DNA of 64,000 nt, taken from assembly GCA_963741955.1 (NCBI GenBank), contig CAVUKB010000005.1:1312001-1376000 (forward strand), written 5' to 3'. Under the pieces are notes generated by a model. It had not been told where the DNA came from and did not search any database. It saw only the letters and a list, made by a program, of their open reading frames with translations. Origin of the DNA: an uncultured Acidobacteriota bacterium (GTDB lineage Bacteria > Acidobacteriota > Thermoanaerobaculia > Gp7-AA8). Both the position numbers and the translations under genes were made by a program. Below, piece after piece: positions 54,973 through 64,000 of this stretch (the stretch's first letter is position 1; each line of letters opens with the position of its first letter).

Positions 54973-55374
54973 ATGCCCTCTAATCCCCGCCAGGAGCTCA
55001 TCCATCACGCAGCCGAGGCAAGGGAGCGAGCGATCGCGCCATTCTCGGGATTCAAAGTCGGCGCTGCACTCCGAACGCGCTCCGGAAAGATCTATCAAGG
55101 CTGCAACGTCGAGAACGCTTCCTATGGTTTGACCGTTTGCGCGGAGCGGGTCGCCCTCCTCTCTGCCCTGGCTGCCGGGGAACGTGAGTTCACGGCCGTA
55201 GCCGTCGTCACGCAGAGCGAGGAACCGTCCACCCCTTGCGGCCCATGCCGCCAGCTGATGTGGGAGTATTGTCGCGACATCGAGGTCATCCTCGCCAATC
55301 TCGACGGCGCCTCCCGCGATTTCAAGCTGTCGGAACTTTTCCCCCACCCCTTCGAGCTGCGTCCTGGAGAATGA
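54973..55374 (+). CDS. cdd: Cytidine deaminase
   Basis: PFSGFKVGAA, GCNVENASY, CAER and PCGPCRQ. Confidence 0.95.
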   Translation: MPSNPRQELIHHAAEARERAIAPFSGFKVGAALRTRSGKIYQGCNVENASYGLTVCAERVALLSALAAGEREFTAVAVVTQSEEPSTPCGPCRQLMWEYCRDIEVILANLDGASRDFKLSELFPHPFELRPGE

Positions 55375-56768
55375 AGACGATGCGCAGGTATCTTGCTCTT
55401 TTCCTGGTACTGACCTTCTTCACCGTGCTGCCGATTCTGGCCGCGGAGAAGGTCGATCTTCTGGTCACCGGCGGAACCGTCGTCACGATGGCCGGACCGG
55501 ATATCAGTGATGGAGCCATCGCGATACGCGACGGCGAGATCGTCGCTGTCGGACCGGCCGCTGAGATCGCCGGCCATTACGAAGCTAAGGATCTGATCGA
55601 TGCGCACGGCATGGCCGTGCTTCCGGGCTTCGTCAACGCACACACGCACGCTCCGATGGTGTTGTTTCGCGGAATTGCCGACGACCGGTCCCTGATGGAC
55701 TGGTTGCAGAACTTCATTTTCCCCGCAGAGAAGAAGAACGTCGACAGAGATTTCGTCAAATGGGGAACCCGCCTTGCGGCGGCAGAGATGATCCGCTCCG
55801 GAACGACGACGTTCGTCGATATGTACTACTTCGAAGCCGACATCGCGCGCGAGACGCGGGCAGCCGGGCTTCGCGGCGTGCTCGGCGAGACGGTGATCGA
55901 CTTCCCTGCTCCGGACAACAAGACGTGGGACGACGCGATGAAGTACGTACGCGCGTATGCGGAGGAGTACAAATCCGATCCACTGATCGTTCCTGCGATC
56001 GCGCCTCACGCTCCATATACCGTGTCGGCGGAACACCTGAAGGACGTACGGAGACTGGCCGACGAACTGAAGATCCCCATTCTGATTCACCTGTCCGAGA
56101 CGACCGACGAAGTCGACGGCATCGTGAAGAAGAGCGGCATGCGGCCGGTTCCCTATCTCGATTCGCTCGGCTTCCTGGGACCCGACGTCATCGCTGCGCA
56201 TGGCATCTGGCTGACCGATGACGAGATGAAGGAGCTCGCGGCGAAAGGCGTCTCGGTCGCTCACTGCCCGCAGAGCAACATGATGCTCGCCTCAGGAGTC
56301 GCACCCGTAGTCGCTCTCCGGAAGGCCGGGGTGAACGTGGCACTCGGAACCGACGGCCCTGCCGGATCGAACGACAACCTCGATATGATCGAAGAGATGG
56401 CCACCGCTGCGCGCCTGCAGAAAGTCACCAATCGAGACCCTCGCGCCCTCGGTGCGCGCGACGTTCTCGAGATGGCGACCATCGATGGTGCTCGCGCGAT
56501 CGGCATGGCAGACCGCATCGGCTCGATCGAGAAAGGTAAGCGCGCCGACCTCGCGATCATCGATCTGAGCGGAGTGGAGACACAGCCGGTCTACTCCGTC
56601 GAATCTGCAATCGTCTATGCCGCCTCGGAACACCAGGTCTCGACCACAATCGTCGACGGCCGCATCCTGATGCGCAATCACCGGATTCTCAGCGTGAACG
56701 TTCCCGAGGCCCTTCGAAAGGCGAAGGAGTATCAACGGAAGATCTCGGCGAGCCTGGCCACTGAATGA
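55371..56768 (+). CDS. Metal-dependent amidohydrolase (MTA/SAH deaminase-like) with signal peptide
   Basis: PGFVNAHTH, APHAPY, HLSET and LGTDG; N-terminal MKTMRRYLALFLVLTFFTVLPILA|AE. Confidence 0.88.
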   Translation: MKTMRRYLALFLVLTFFTVLPILAAEKVDLLVTGGTVVTMAGPDISDGAIAIRDGEIVAVGPAAEIAGHYEAKDLIDAHGMAVLPGFVNAHTHAPMVLFRGIADDRSLMDWLQNFIFPAEKKNVDRDFVKWGTRLAAAEMIRSGTTTFVDMYYFEADIARETRAAGLRGVLGETVIDFPAPDNKTWDDAMKYVRAYAEEYKSDPLIVPAIAPHAPYTVSAEHLKDVRRLADELKIPILIHLSETTDEVDGIVKKSGMRPVPYLDSLGFLGPDVIAAHGIWLTDDEMKELAAKGVSVAHCPQSNMMLASGVAPVVALRKAGVNVALGTDGPAGSNDNLDMIEEMATAARLQKVTNRDPRALGARDVLEMATIDGARAIGMADRIGSIEKGKRADLAIIDLSGVETQPVYSVESAIVYAASEHQVSTTIVDGRILMRNHRILSVNVPEALRKAKEYQRKISASLATE

Positions 56769-58618
56769 GAGAAACATACGTGGCCTTTCGCGGACTTCGA
56801 CGGTACTCGGCCCTGGTCGTTCTCCTCGCCGGAGTCCTTGGCTGCCGCCATGCCTCTCCGGAACCGGCGCGGCCGCTCCCGGCCTCGCCGGACCATGCGG
56901 CGAAGGTCGTGCTCATCTCGTATGACGGGACATCCGCAGACGAGATGGCAGCATTCGAGAGCGAAGGGATCTTTTCTCACTCCGGTTTTCTGAAGCTCGC
57001 CGCGGAAGGATATTCGGCGGAACGCGTTGTTCCGGTCAATCCCACCCTCACCTCGAGTACCCACATCGCGATCGTCACCGGCGCGACTCCCGAAAAGAGC
57101 GGGATCGTCTCGAACTGGCTCCACACTCCCGGAACCCCGCCCGACGACGAGACGAGCGGCTTCGCTGCTCCCATCCAGGTCGAAACGCTATGGGAAGCGG
57201 CGAAACGGCAAGGGAAGATCGTCGGCACGATCACCTACCCCGGGCTCGATGGCAACGGACCCGGGCGCACCGCAGATTGGGGTCTGATCTACACCGAGCC
57301 CGTAGTCCCGTCGAAGATCGTCTCACTCGGCCGCCGAGATTTCACCGACGAGTGGGTTCCTGACGGATGGAGCCGGCGAATGGACGCCCGCTCCTTCAGC
57401 CCGCTGCGAAAAGCCCGCATCGTCTGGGCGCTCCACGTTGCCGGGAAGGACTGGAGCGTACCGGTGACGCTCGTCGCGCTCGATACGACGGACGACCACC
57501 GGGAGAACTACGATCGGATCGAAGTGGAGTTGCCGAACGGCCCGGCAGCTCAGGATCCGGGAGGATGGTTTCCTGTCTCGCGGGAGGTCGCCGAGAAAGG
57601 GTCGTCGTATCTCTACGGTTCCTGGTCCAAGGTCATCTCGTTCGATCCGCAGCTCTCCAGAGTCGTCGTCTATCAAGGTCCGATCTCGAGGACTCTCGGC
57701 TATCCCGACAGTTACCGTCAGATGATCGATCGCGAAGTCGGCTTCTGGCCCGGCCCACCCGACTCCCGCTTCGCTGCCGCGTGGCTCGCGAACAGGAGCG
57801 GCATCGAGCCGGAGATCTTCGTTCAGCAGCTTCAGCGCTTTTCGGATTTCTTCACGCGCGCGACGCTGGTGTCGATGCAGAAGATGGAGTTCGACCTGCT
57901 GCTCGGATATCAGCCGATCGTCGACGAAGCGGAGCATCAGTTCCGGATCGAGAACGATCAGCAGGAATTCTCGACCGCCGAAAACCGGCGAGCCGGAAGG
58001 GAAGTCCGAATTGCGGCCTACCGCAAGTTCGATCAGTCACTCGCTGAGATCTCGAGCTCCCTTCCCGTGGGCGGTGCGCTGGTCGTCACCGGGGATCACG
58101 GACTTGCGCCGACCGACACCACGGTCCAGATGAATCGGTTACTGGTGAAGTGGGGGTACGGCAGTTCCGAACCCGACGGACGACGTCTCGATGGTGACAG
58201 GGGATGGAAAGCGATTACTTCCGGGAACGTCGCGGAGATCTACGGATTCAATGGGGAGCCAACGCGGTCGGGCGCGGAGCTGGTGAGTAAGCTCAAAGCG
58301 CTTCGGAGTCCGGATGGCGCTCCGGTTTTCGAGAAGGTCGAGCGAAAGGGGGCCGGCTCGAACGCGAACGCGGGCGACATCGTCGCCGTCGCGTGGCCAC
58401 GATTCTCGCTCTCTCCTTCAGTCAGCGGCGAAGTCTTCGTGAAGACGACGCACTACGGGACGCACGGCGGACTCAATCACCACCCGGAATTTCATACGAT
58501 CTTCGCCGCGTGGGGCCAGGGGGTCACGCCAGGCAGGACGCCATCGATGCAGCAGACGGAGATCGCCCGATTCGTCTCCGAGCTCCTCGGAATCGATCCT
58601 CCTGCGGCCGCTCAGTAG
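56765..58618 (+). CDS. Alkaline phosphatase superfamily nucleotide pyrophosphatase/phosphodiesterase, probable lipoprotein
   Basis: LISYDG, PTLT..H..IVTG, TGDHG and GTHG; lipobox-like VLGC. Confidence 0.85.
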   Translation: MRETYVAFRGLRRYSALVVLLAGVLGCRHASPEPARPLPASPDHAAKVVLISYDGTSADEMAAFESEGIFSHSGFLKLAAEGYSAERVVPVNPTLTSSTHIAIVTGATPEKSGIVSNWLHTPGTPPDDETSGFAAPIQVETLWEAAKRQGKIVGTITYPGLDGNGPGRTADWGLIYTEPVVPSKIVSLGRRDFTDEWVPDGWSRRMDARSFSPLRKARIVWALHVAGKDWSVPVTLVALDTTDDHRENYDRIEVELPNGPAAQDPGGWFPVSREVAEKGSSYLYGSWSKVISFDPQLSRVVVYQGPISRTLGYPDSYRQMIDREVGFWPGPPDSRFAAAWLANRSGIEPEIFVQQLQRFSDFFTRATLVSMQKMEFDLLLGYQPIVDEAEHQFRIENDQQEFSTAENRRAGREVRIAAYRKFDQSLAEISSSLPVGGALVVTGDHGLAPTDTTVQMNRLLVKWGYGSSEPDGRRLDGDRGWKAITSGNVAEIYGFNGEPTRSGAELVSKLKALRSPDGAPVFEKVERKGAGSNANAGDIVAVAWPRFSLSPSVSGEVFVKTTHYGTHGGLNHHPEFHTIFAAWGQGVTPGRTPSMQQTEIARFVSELLGIDPPAAAQ

Positions 58619-58854
58619 TCCTGCGTGACCTGAGGAAATCTCCAGCGCGCTTCACGGAGCTCCTCTTCGAGAATCTCCTGTTCCGGAATCCCGTCGAGCT
58701 GTGGAACACTCCAGTTCGAGAGCCACATCGGGTTGACGTAAGGGAGCACTGCGATCTGATCGATTCGATGAGGGAGTCCTCTCTTCTCGAATCGATCGTT
58801 CAGATACGCAACCACGTCGCGCGACGTGGGAATCGCGTCACTGTCACGAGTCAA
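58612..58854 (-). CDS. Small hypothetical protein (80 aa)
   Basis: TTG start overlapping the upstream TGA (TTGA), RBS AAGGAG; globular-looking sequence TRDSDAIPTSRDVVAYLNDRF...WLSNW...RFPQV. Confidence 0.65.
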   Translation of the reverse strand: MTRDSDAIPTSRDVVAYLNDRFEKRGLPHRIDQIAVLPYVNPMWLSNWSVPQLDGIPEQEILEEELREARWRFPQVTQDY

Positions 58855-60251
58855 AGTCGTTCTCCTTCGTCGCCTACTTCGATCGCCAGATCCCGGATCC
58901 GGTTCAGGAGCGTTCGATAGCTGATACCGAGCCGGTCGGCCGCGGCCTGCCGCGTATCGGTTCCTTCCAGCGCCTCGACGATCTTCACCCGCTCCACGCA
59001 AGAGACGATCCGGTCCACGGCTTCCTGAAGCGTCCCCGACAGATCGCAACTGCCGCGGAGGACGGCGAGTGGATCCACCGTGCTGGCGGAGATCGCGAGA
59101 CTCTCGAGATCGACCACGCCGCGATCGCTGAGAATGATCGCGCGCTCGATGCAGTTCTCCAGCTCCCGGACATTTCCCGGCCACGAATGGCTCCGAAGCG
59201 CCGCCATTGCGCGGTCCGTGATCCGGATGGAATCCTTTCCCATCTCCCGTGTGAATCGATCCACGAAGTGAGCCACGAGCCCGTCGATGTCGCTACGACG
59301 TTCGCGCAACGGCGGAATCTCGACCGGAAAGACGTGGATTCTGAAGAACAGATCCTGCCGAAACGTACCGGCGTTCACGAGCTCGTGCAGATTCCGGTTC
59401 GTTGCGCAGACGATGCGTACGTCGACGTCGACCGAGGCCGTCCCTCCGACCCGCTCGAATCGGCGCTCCTGCAGAACCCGGAGAAACTTGGACTGCACGG
59501 AGAGGCCGAGGTCCCCGATCTCATCGAGAAAGATCGTTCCTCCGTCGGCGAGCTCGAACTTTCCGAGCTTCCGCCCCCCGGCGCCGGTGTAAGCGCCTTT
59601 CTCGTGCCCGAAAAGCTCGTTCTCGAGAAGGCTTTCAGGAATCGCCGCGCAGTTGATCGCGACGAAAGGGCGGTTCTTTCTCGGGGAAATCTGGTGCAAG
59701 GCGCGCGCGAAAAGTTCTTTCCCGGTCCCCGATTCTCCCAGGAGCATGACGGTGGTGTCCGTCGGCGCCACCTTCTGGATCTGCTTCGAGACCGCCACGA
59801 TCTCGGCAGAGTCACCTACGATCTCCGGGATCCCTTTTTCTCTCCGATACTCTTCTCTGAGGATCAGGTTCTCGGTTCGAAGAGCGCGCAATTCCGAGCA
59901 TCGGCGAACGAGCAGAATCAGGTGATCGACATCGATCGGCTTCTGGATGAAATCGAACGCGCCGAGTCTCATCGCCTCCACCGCGGTCTCGATCGTTCCG
60001 AAGCCGGTGGTGACGATTACCGGGCATTCCGGGTCGGATTCCCTCATCGCCCGCAATACCGCCAGCCCATCCTTTCCCGGAAGTCGCAGATCGGTGATCA
60101 TCACCGTGAAGCGCGCACCTTTTTCGATTTTCTCGACCGCTTCGCTCCCACTGCCCGACCAATCCACTTCGAAACCTTCGGCGGCAAACGCCTCGCGCAG
60201 CATCTCCGCGAGCGATTGCTTGTCCTCGACAAGGAGCATCCGGCTGGTCAC
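58851..60251 (-). CDS. Sigma54-dependent NtrC/PilR-family response regulator
   Basis: Receiver domain (TDLRLP), GESGTGKE, GAYTGA, FLDEIG, WPGNVRELEN and Fis-type HTH. Confidence 0.94.
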   Translation of the reverse strand: MTSRMLLVEDKQSLAEMLREAFAAEGFEVDWSGSGSEAVEKIEKGARFTVMITDLRLPGKDGLAVLRAMRESDPECPVIVTTGFGTIETAVEAMRLGAFDFIQKPIDVDHLILLVRRCSELRALRTENLILREEYRREKGIPEIVGDSAEIVAVSKQIQKVAPTDTTVMLLGESGTGKELFARALHQISPRKNRPFVAINCAAIPESLLENELFGHEKGAYTGAGGRKLGKFELADGGTIFLDEIGDLGLSVQSKFLRVLQERRFERVGGTASVDVDVRIVCATNRNLHELVNAGTFRQDLFFRIHVFPVEIPPLRERRSDIDGLVAHFVDRFTREMGKDSIRITDRAMAALRSHSWPGNVRELENCIERAIILSDRGVVDLESLAISASTVDPLAVLRGSCDLSGTLQEAVDRIVSCVERVKIVEALEGTDTRQAAADRLGISYRTLLNRIRDLAIEVGDEGERL

Positions 60252-61669
60252 CGTCGTCGACTCTCCAATCCGAAATACGTGCGAATGCGCCCGACGAGCG
60301 TCATCTGTTCCGCCTCTGCCACTTCCGGGGGCCGGCGAATTTCCAGCCGTGCACGACGTTCGACGACGACCGCCGAGATCGCCGCGGCGAGATCGGGCGA
60401 GTGCTCCAGGATGGGCCGCAGTGACCTCTTGTGAATTTCCAGCAGGATCACGTCACGGCGGGCGATCACGTCCGCGCTTCGCGGTTCGCCGGTGAGGAGG
60501 GCCATCTCTCCGAACACGTCGCCCTCACTCAGGTGAGCGACGTTGCGTTGAACTCCCCTCTCCCGGACGAGCACGTCGAGAGCCCCCTGGTGCACGATGA
60601 ACATCGAATCGCCCATGTCTCCGAAGCGAATGACCGCTTCCCCTGTGGCGAAGCGTCGGAGCTCGATCGACGAGGCGAGCTCTTCGAGCAGCTCTGCTCC
60701 GAGAGGCGTGAGAAGCTCGACCTCGCTGATCCGCGACAGAATCTCGTCTCGGCTGACTTCCACCACCGGTTCGACGCGCTCGTAGTTCTGGACTGTACGG
60801 ATCGGAAAGGGTATGGAGATACCTTCCCGACGGAAGCCGTACCAGAGACAGCGACGGATTTCGGCATCGATGCTGTCGCGGCGTGCATACACGCGGGTGT
60901 GGTATTTCAACTCGTACCTCACCGACGATTCGTCGAACGAGGCGACTCGTGCGATCGGAGGAACTTCACTCGAGACTTCGGGTACGTTCAGCGCCGCATC
61001 CACGAGGGCGCGAATCACCTTCGCCGGCGGATGTTCGTACGATACACCGACCGACAACACCCTCCCATTCAGATGATCCTGCGGAAACACTTCGATCCGT
61101 TCGCGTGAGATCAGAGAGTTCGGCAGGACGATGTAGTTGTCGTTGAACGTCCGGATTCGCGTCGACCTCCAGCGAGTGCTTTCGACCACGCCGAGCGAGT
61201 CTCCGATCCGCACGACGTCACCTTCGCTGAAGCTTTGCTCCATGTGGAGCGCGATGCCGCCGATCAGATTCCCCAGGGTGTCCTGCAGAGCGAGACCGAC
61301 CACCGCTGCGACGACCGTTCCGGTCGTCAGGAGCGCTCCGATCGCGTAGTGAAAAATGGATGAAACAGCCCAGCCGATGAAGACGAAATAGAGCGCGATC
61401 GCGACGACTTCCCTCAGAATGCGAGGCGGCTGAAAACCACTGTCACGGATCAGAAGCCGATCGAAGATAACGTGGTTGACGAGTTGCACCACGAAAACGA
61501 TCAGCGCGAGAACCGCCGCAAACCGCAGATACTCGAGGTTTGGGCCAAGTACGATCTTCCCGATCTCCCCCATCCGGCCCGCAGGCGGCGCGATGTGCGA
61601 CAGGACGAGTCTCGTGCCGAAAAGAATCGAGCTCAGGATCAGGGGAACCGTGTAACGCCACGTCTTCAT
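60248..61669 (-). CDS. MscS-family mechanosensitive channel with C-terminal cyclic-nucleotide-binding domain
   Basis: GLALQDTLGN, WRST, LPNS and IPFP; then GDVFGEMALLTGEPRSADV. Confidence 0.92.
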   Translation of the reverse strand: MKTWRYTVPLILSSILFGTRLVLSHIAPPAGRMGEIGKIVLGPNLEYLRFAAVLALIVFVVQLVNHVIFDRLLIRDSGFQPPRILREVVAIALYFVFIGWAVSSIFHYAIGALLTTGTVVAAVVGLALQDTLGNLIGGIALHMEQSFSEGDVVRIGDSLGVVESTRWRSTRIRTFNDNYIVLPNSLISRERIEVFPQDHLNGRVLSVGVSYEHPPAKVIRALVDAALNVPEVSSEVPPIARVASFDESSVRYELKYHTRVYARRDSIDAEIRRCLWYGFRREGISIPFPIRTVQNYERVEPVVEVSRDEILSRISEVELLTPLGAELLEELASSIELRRFATGEAVIRFGDMGDSMFIVHQGALDVLVRERGVQRNVAHLSEGDVFGEMALLTGEPRSADVIARRDVILLEIHKRSLRPILEHSPDLAAAISAVVVERRARLEIRRPPEVAEAEQMTLVGRIRTYFGLESRRR

Positions 61670-62259
61670 AACGCGCGTACCGCCTCGAGAATACGATCGA
61701 GCGGCTCGTCCTCCATGTACAACGTGATTCCGGCCACCCCCGCGACGGGGACGCCCCGCAGCTGGGAGAGATTCCCGGCCGAGAATCCGCCGAGAGCGAA
61801 AACGTCCACTCCCGATCCGACCGCCCGCCGGAGATCTTCGAGCGACACGCCACTCGCTCCATGCTTCGATCTCGGGGGGTGGACCGGGCCGAGAAGCACG
61901 TAGTCGAACCCCTCCTGCGCCGCTCGACCGACATCATCGAGTGAATGACACGAACGGCCGACGAGCAACCCCGGCGCAGCCGAGCGAACCGCAGTAGAAG
62001 AAACAGCGTTCGAGGCGAGATGAACCCCGTCGAGTCCTTCGTCAATCGCAACGTCGATCCGTCCGTTGATCAGGAGTCGCGTCGATGAACCCGCCGTTCG
62101 CCGGCGGCACTCGCGTGCGATGGCCGCCGCTTCGGGAGCGGGAAGTGTCTTCGCCCTCAGCTGAATGATGTCCACTCCGAGAGTGGCCAGGCGCTCCACT
62201 CGCCGGAAAAAGCGTTCATCCGGTGCGCGTTCCAGGTTCGCGATCGCATAGCTCTTCAT
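61666..62259 (-). CDS. Thiamine phosphate synthase family protein (ThiE/TenI-like)
   Basis: IQLRAK, LLIN, GVHL, GRSCH, DYVLLGPV and FALGG. Confidence 0.82.
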   Translation of the reverse strand: MKSYAIANLERAPDERFFRRVERLATLGVDIIQLRAKTLPAPEAAAIARECRRRTAGSSTRLLINGRIDVAIDEGLDGVHLASNAVSSTAVRSAAPGLLVGRSCHSLDDVGRAAQEGFDYVLLGPVHPPRSKHGASGVSLEDLRRAVGSGVDVFALGGFSAGNLSQLRGVPVAGVAGITLYMEDEPLDRILEAVRAL

Positions 62260-62501
62260 CACTGCACATCGCGCTGGCGGCGCGCCTCGATCAATGACGC
62301 GACCTCGCGGAAGCCCGCGAGAATGTGAACGATTCCGAACCCCGAGACGAAACCGCGAAAAAAAAGATTCGTGACCACTGCTCCAATCCATGGAGCAGAG
62401 TGAAGCAACGGATCGAGACTCCAGAACCTCGTCCACGGGACGATCAGAAAGAAGATCCCTGCCTCGAAACAGTAGAGCGCGAAAAGAAAGGCCGCGGCCA
62501 T
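62259..62501 (-). CDS. Small two-TM membrane protein
   Basis: LYCFEAGIFFLIVPW...FRGFVSGFG; TGATG coupling to the next gene. Confidence 0.72.
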   Translation of the reverse strand: MAAAFLFALYCFEAGIFFLIVPWTRFWSLDPLLHSAPWIGAVVTNLFFRGFVSGFGIVHILAGFREVASLIEARRQRDVQ

Positions 62502-62590
62502 GCAGGTCTCATTGTAGGAGCGAATGGAAAACGAGATCAACGCCGGGAGTGCCGGCGTCGATCTCGTTCAACTGCGAGCAGGAGTCGAGG

Positions 62591-64000
62591 TCAATTGTGG
62601 TGGCGCTCCACCTTCCCCGAAGAAGAAGAAGAGGAGGAGGAGGAGGAAGATCGGGACGGCGGTGGAGACGAGGATCTCGGCGCCGACGGCTGAACGCGGC
62701 TCGGAGCCGGGCTGCTCGACGGCCGCTCTACCCGTACCGGACGCGAAGGCTCGGAACGCGGCGCCGAGGGACGAACCCGGGGAGGTGCGACGGGAGTGAT
62801 GCGAATTCCCCCGATTCCCTCGATCACCCGACGTGGCACGTCGTTCGCCCGGGGGGTGTCTCCGCCATTCGAGCTGCCCGGCCGTTCACGTTGGATCGAT
62901 CGCGGAGGAACGTACGATCCACCGTCGTTCGCGTCGTCGATAGGACGGGGAACGTAACGATCTCCTGAACCCTGGCGCCAGGAAGGTCCCGCTGCGCCGC
63001 TGTTACCCGACTCGTCGCGGGGATTCTGGCGCACCGCACGGGTGCGCCAGTCGCGTTCCACCGGATCCTCGTCGACGCTGTCCGGTTTCACCGGGTCCGT
63101 GATACGCCGGATCTCACTGTTCGGAGACGGCCGTTCGGTGGACGAGGGAGCCTGTCGCTGGATTCGCTCCTCTCGCCAGTTCTGGTTCGGTGTGGCCTGC
63201 GGGCGCGGTGCCGGAGTCGGTCGGGTGACCGTCTCCGGGCGCGGCGTGCCAGGTCGCGGCTCGTTCACCGAGCGAGTCGGAGTCGCAGGTGATGCCGGCC
63301 GGGAGCTCGGAGTGGCCGCTCCTGATCCGGTCGTTCCTCGGCGGATGACCCGCTCGGTGCCACGATCAACGGCCGGCTTCGGTACCGCCACGGAGGGATC
63401 ACTCGTCGTGGCAGCAGCTCCGGCGGGCCGTCGGATCCGCTCAGGCGTGCTCGCCGGACCGACCCCACCGTCAGCTCGGGGCTCCGCCATCGGTCGGGTG
63501 ATCCGCTCCCGAAGAGCCGACGAAAGCTCGGGATCGCGCCGGATGAACGAAGTTACATCCGGAGCGGATCCCGAGCCCTCTGTGCCGGTACCACTTCCGA
63601 TACCCCGCCGAACGATGTGATCGATCGCCGTGGTCGGATCCTTCAATTCGTTTCGACTCAGACGGAATGGCGAATTGGAGACCAGCGCACTCGCTCCGTC
63701 TCTGTGGAGACGTCCGCGCACTGCGTCGGTAGTCAACGCAACCTGATCGACGCGCCTCGAGACCAGCGTGTCGGGATTGACGAATGTCCACTGATTGAGG
63801 TCGAGATTCCCCACATCGACACGGCCGTAGAATCCGACACCGAAACGGGACGGACGCGAAACCGACACGGTCGTGCCATAAAGCCAGCCGTAATACGGGC
63901 GGTAGCAGTCATACCATCCGGACGGGATCCATCCGACGTATCCGGGTCCATACATCCAGTACACCCATGCAGGTGAGTATTCATAACCGGGAAGCCAGAC
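62591..64000 (-). CDS. C-terminal part of a DUF6600-like protein with long Pro/Arg/Ser-rich tail
   Basis: Frame is open from the window edge: VWLPGYEYSPAWVYW..YVGWIP, then a low-complexity tail ending in poly-Ser. Confidence 0.75.
   Translation of the reverse strand, partial: VWLPGYEYSPAWVYWMYGPGYVGWIPSGWYDCYRPYYGWLYGTTVSVSRPSRFGVGFYGRVDVGNLDLNQWTFVNPDTLVSRRVDQVALTTDAVRGRLHRDGASALVSNSPFRLSRNELKDPTTAIDHIVRRGIGSGTGTEGSGSAPDVTSFIRRDPELSSALRERITRPMAEPRADGGVGPASTPERIRRPAGAAATTSDPSVAVPKPAVDRGTERVIRRGTTGSGAATPSSRPASPATPTRSVNEPRPGTPRPETVTRPTPAPRPQATPNQNWREERIQRQAPSSTERPSPNSEIRRITDPVKPDSVDEDPVERDWRTRAVRQNPRDESGNSGAAGPSWRQGSGDRYVPRPIDDANDGGSYVPPRSIQRERPGSSNGGDTPRANDVPRRVIEGIGGIRITPVAPPRVRPSAPRSEPSRPVRVERPSSSPAPSRVQPSAPRSSSPPPSRSSSSSSSSSSSGKVERHHN

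Overview
GC-rich bacterial chromosomal segment. The gene repertoire and style suggest Acidobacteriota, possibly Thermoanaerobaculia-like (inference, not tested). It holds about 55 protein genes. Housekeeping and envelope genes include slt-like, tatD, thiolase, smc, ArnT/PAP2, psd-pssA, ligD, recN, tsaC, cdd and an L,D-transpeptidase. There are two tRNAs, Ala-GGC and a selenocysteine tRNA with anticodon UCA, plus a TonB-ExbB-ExbD-ExbD operon. A ~19 kb type IV pilus/type II secretion-like cluster carries two giant Cys-rich minor pilins. The top novel candidate is missing from the ORF track: a leaderless 29-aa membrane peptide at 22492 whose UGA is followed 11 nt later by a bacterial-SECIS-like hairpin and 27 more sense codons, which suggests a 57-aa micro-selenoprotein. 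Other hidden structure includes two copies of a hairpin-folding MITE-like element, a 12-bp-phased DnaA-box cluster with an IHF site (oriC- or datA-like), several sigma54 promoters, a class II CRP/FNR-type promoter on a small zinc-finger gene, and an Asd pseudo-enzyme. No CRISPR array, rRNA, prophage or transposase was seen. Start codons were chosen by eye, and no database searches or folding programs were run.
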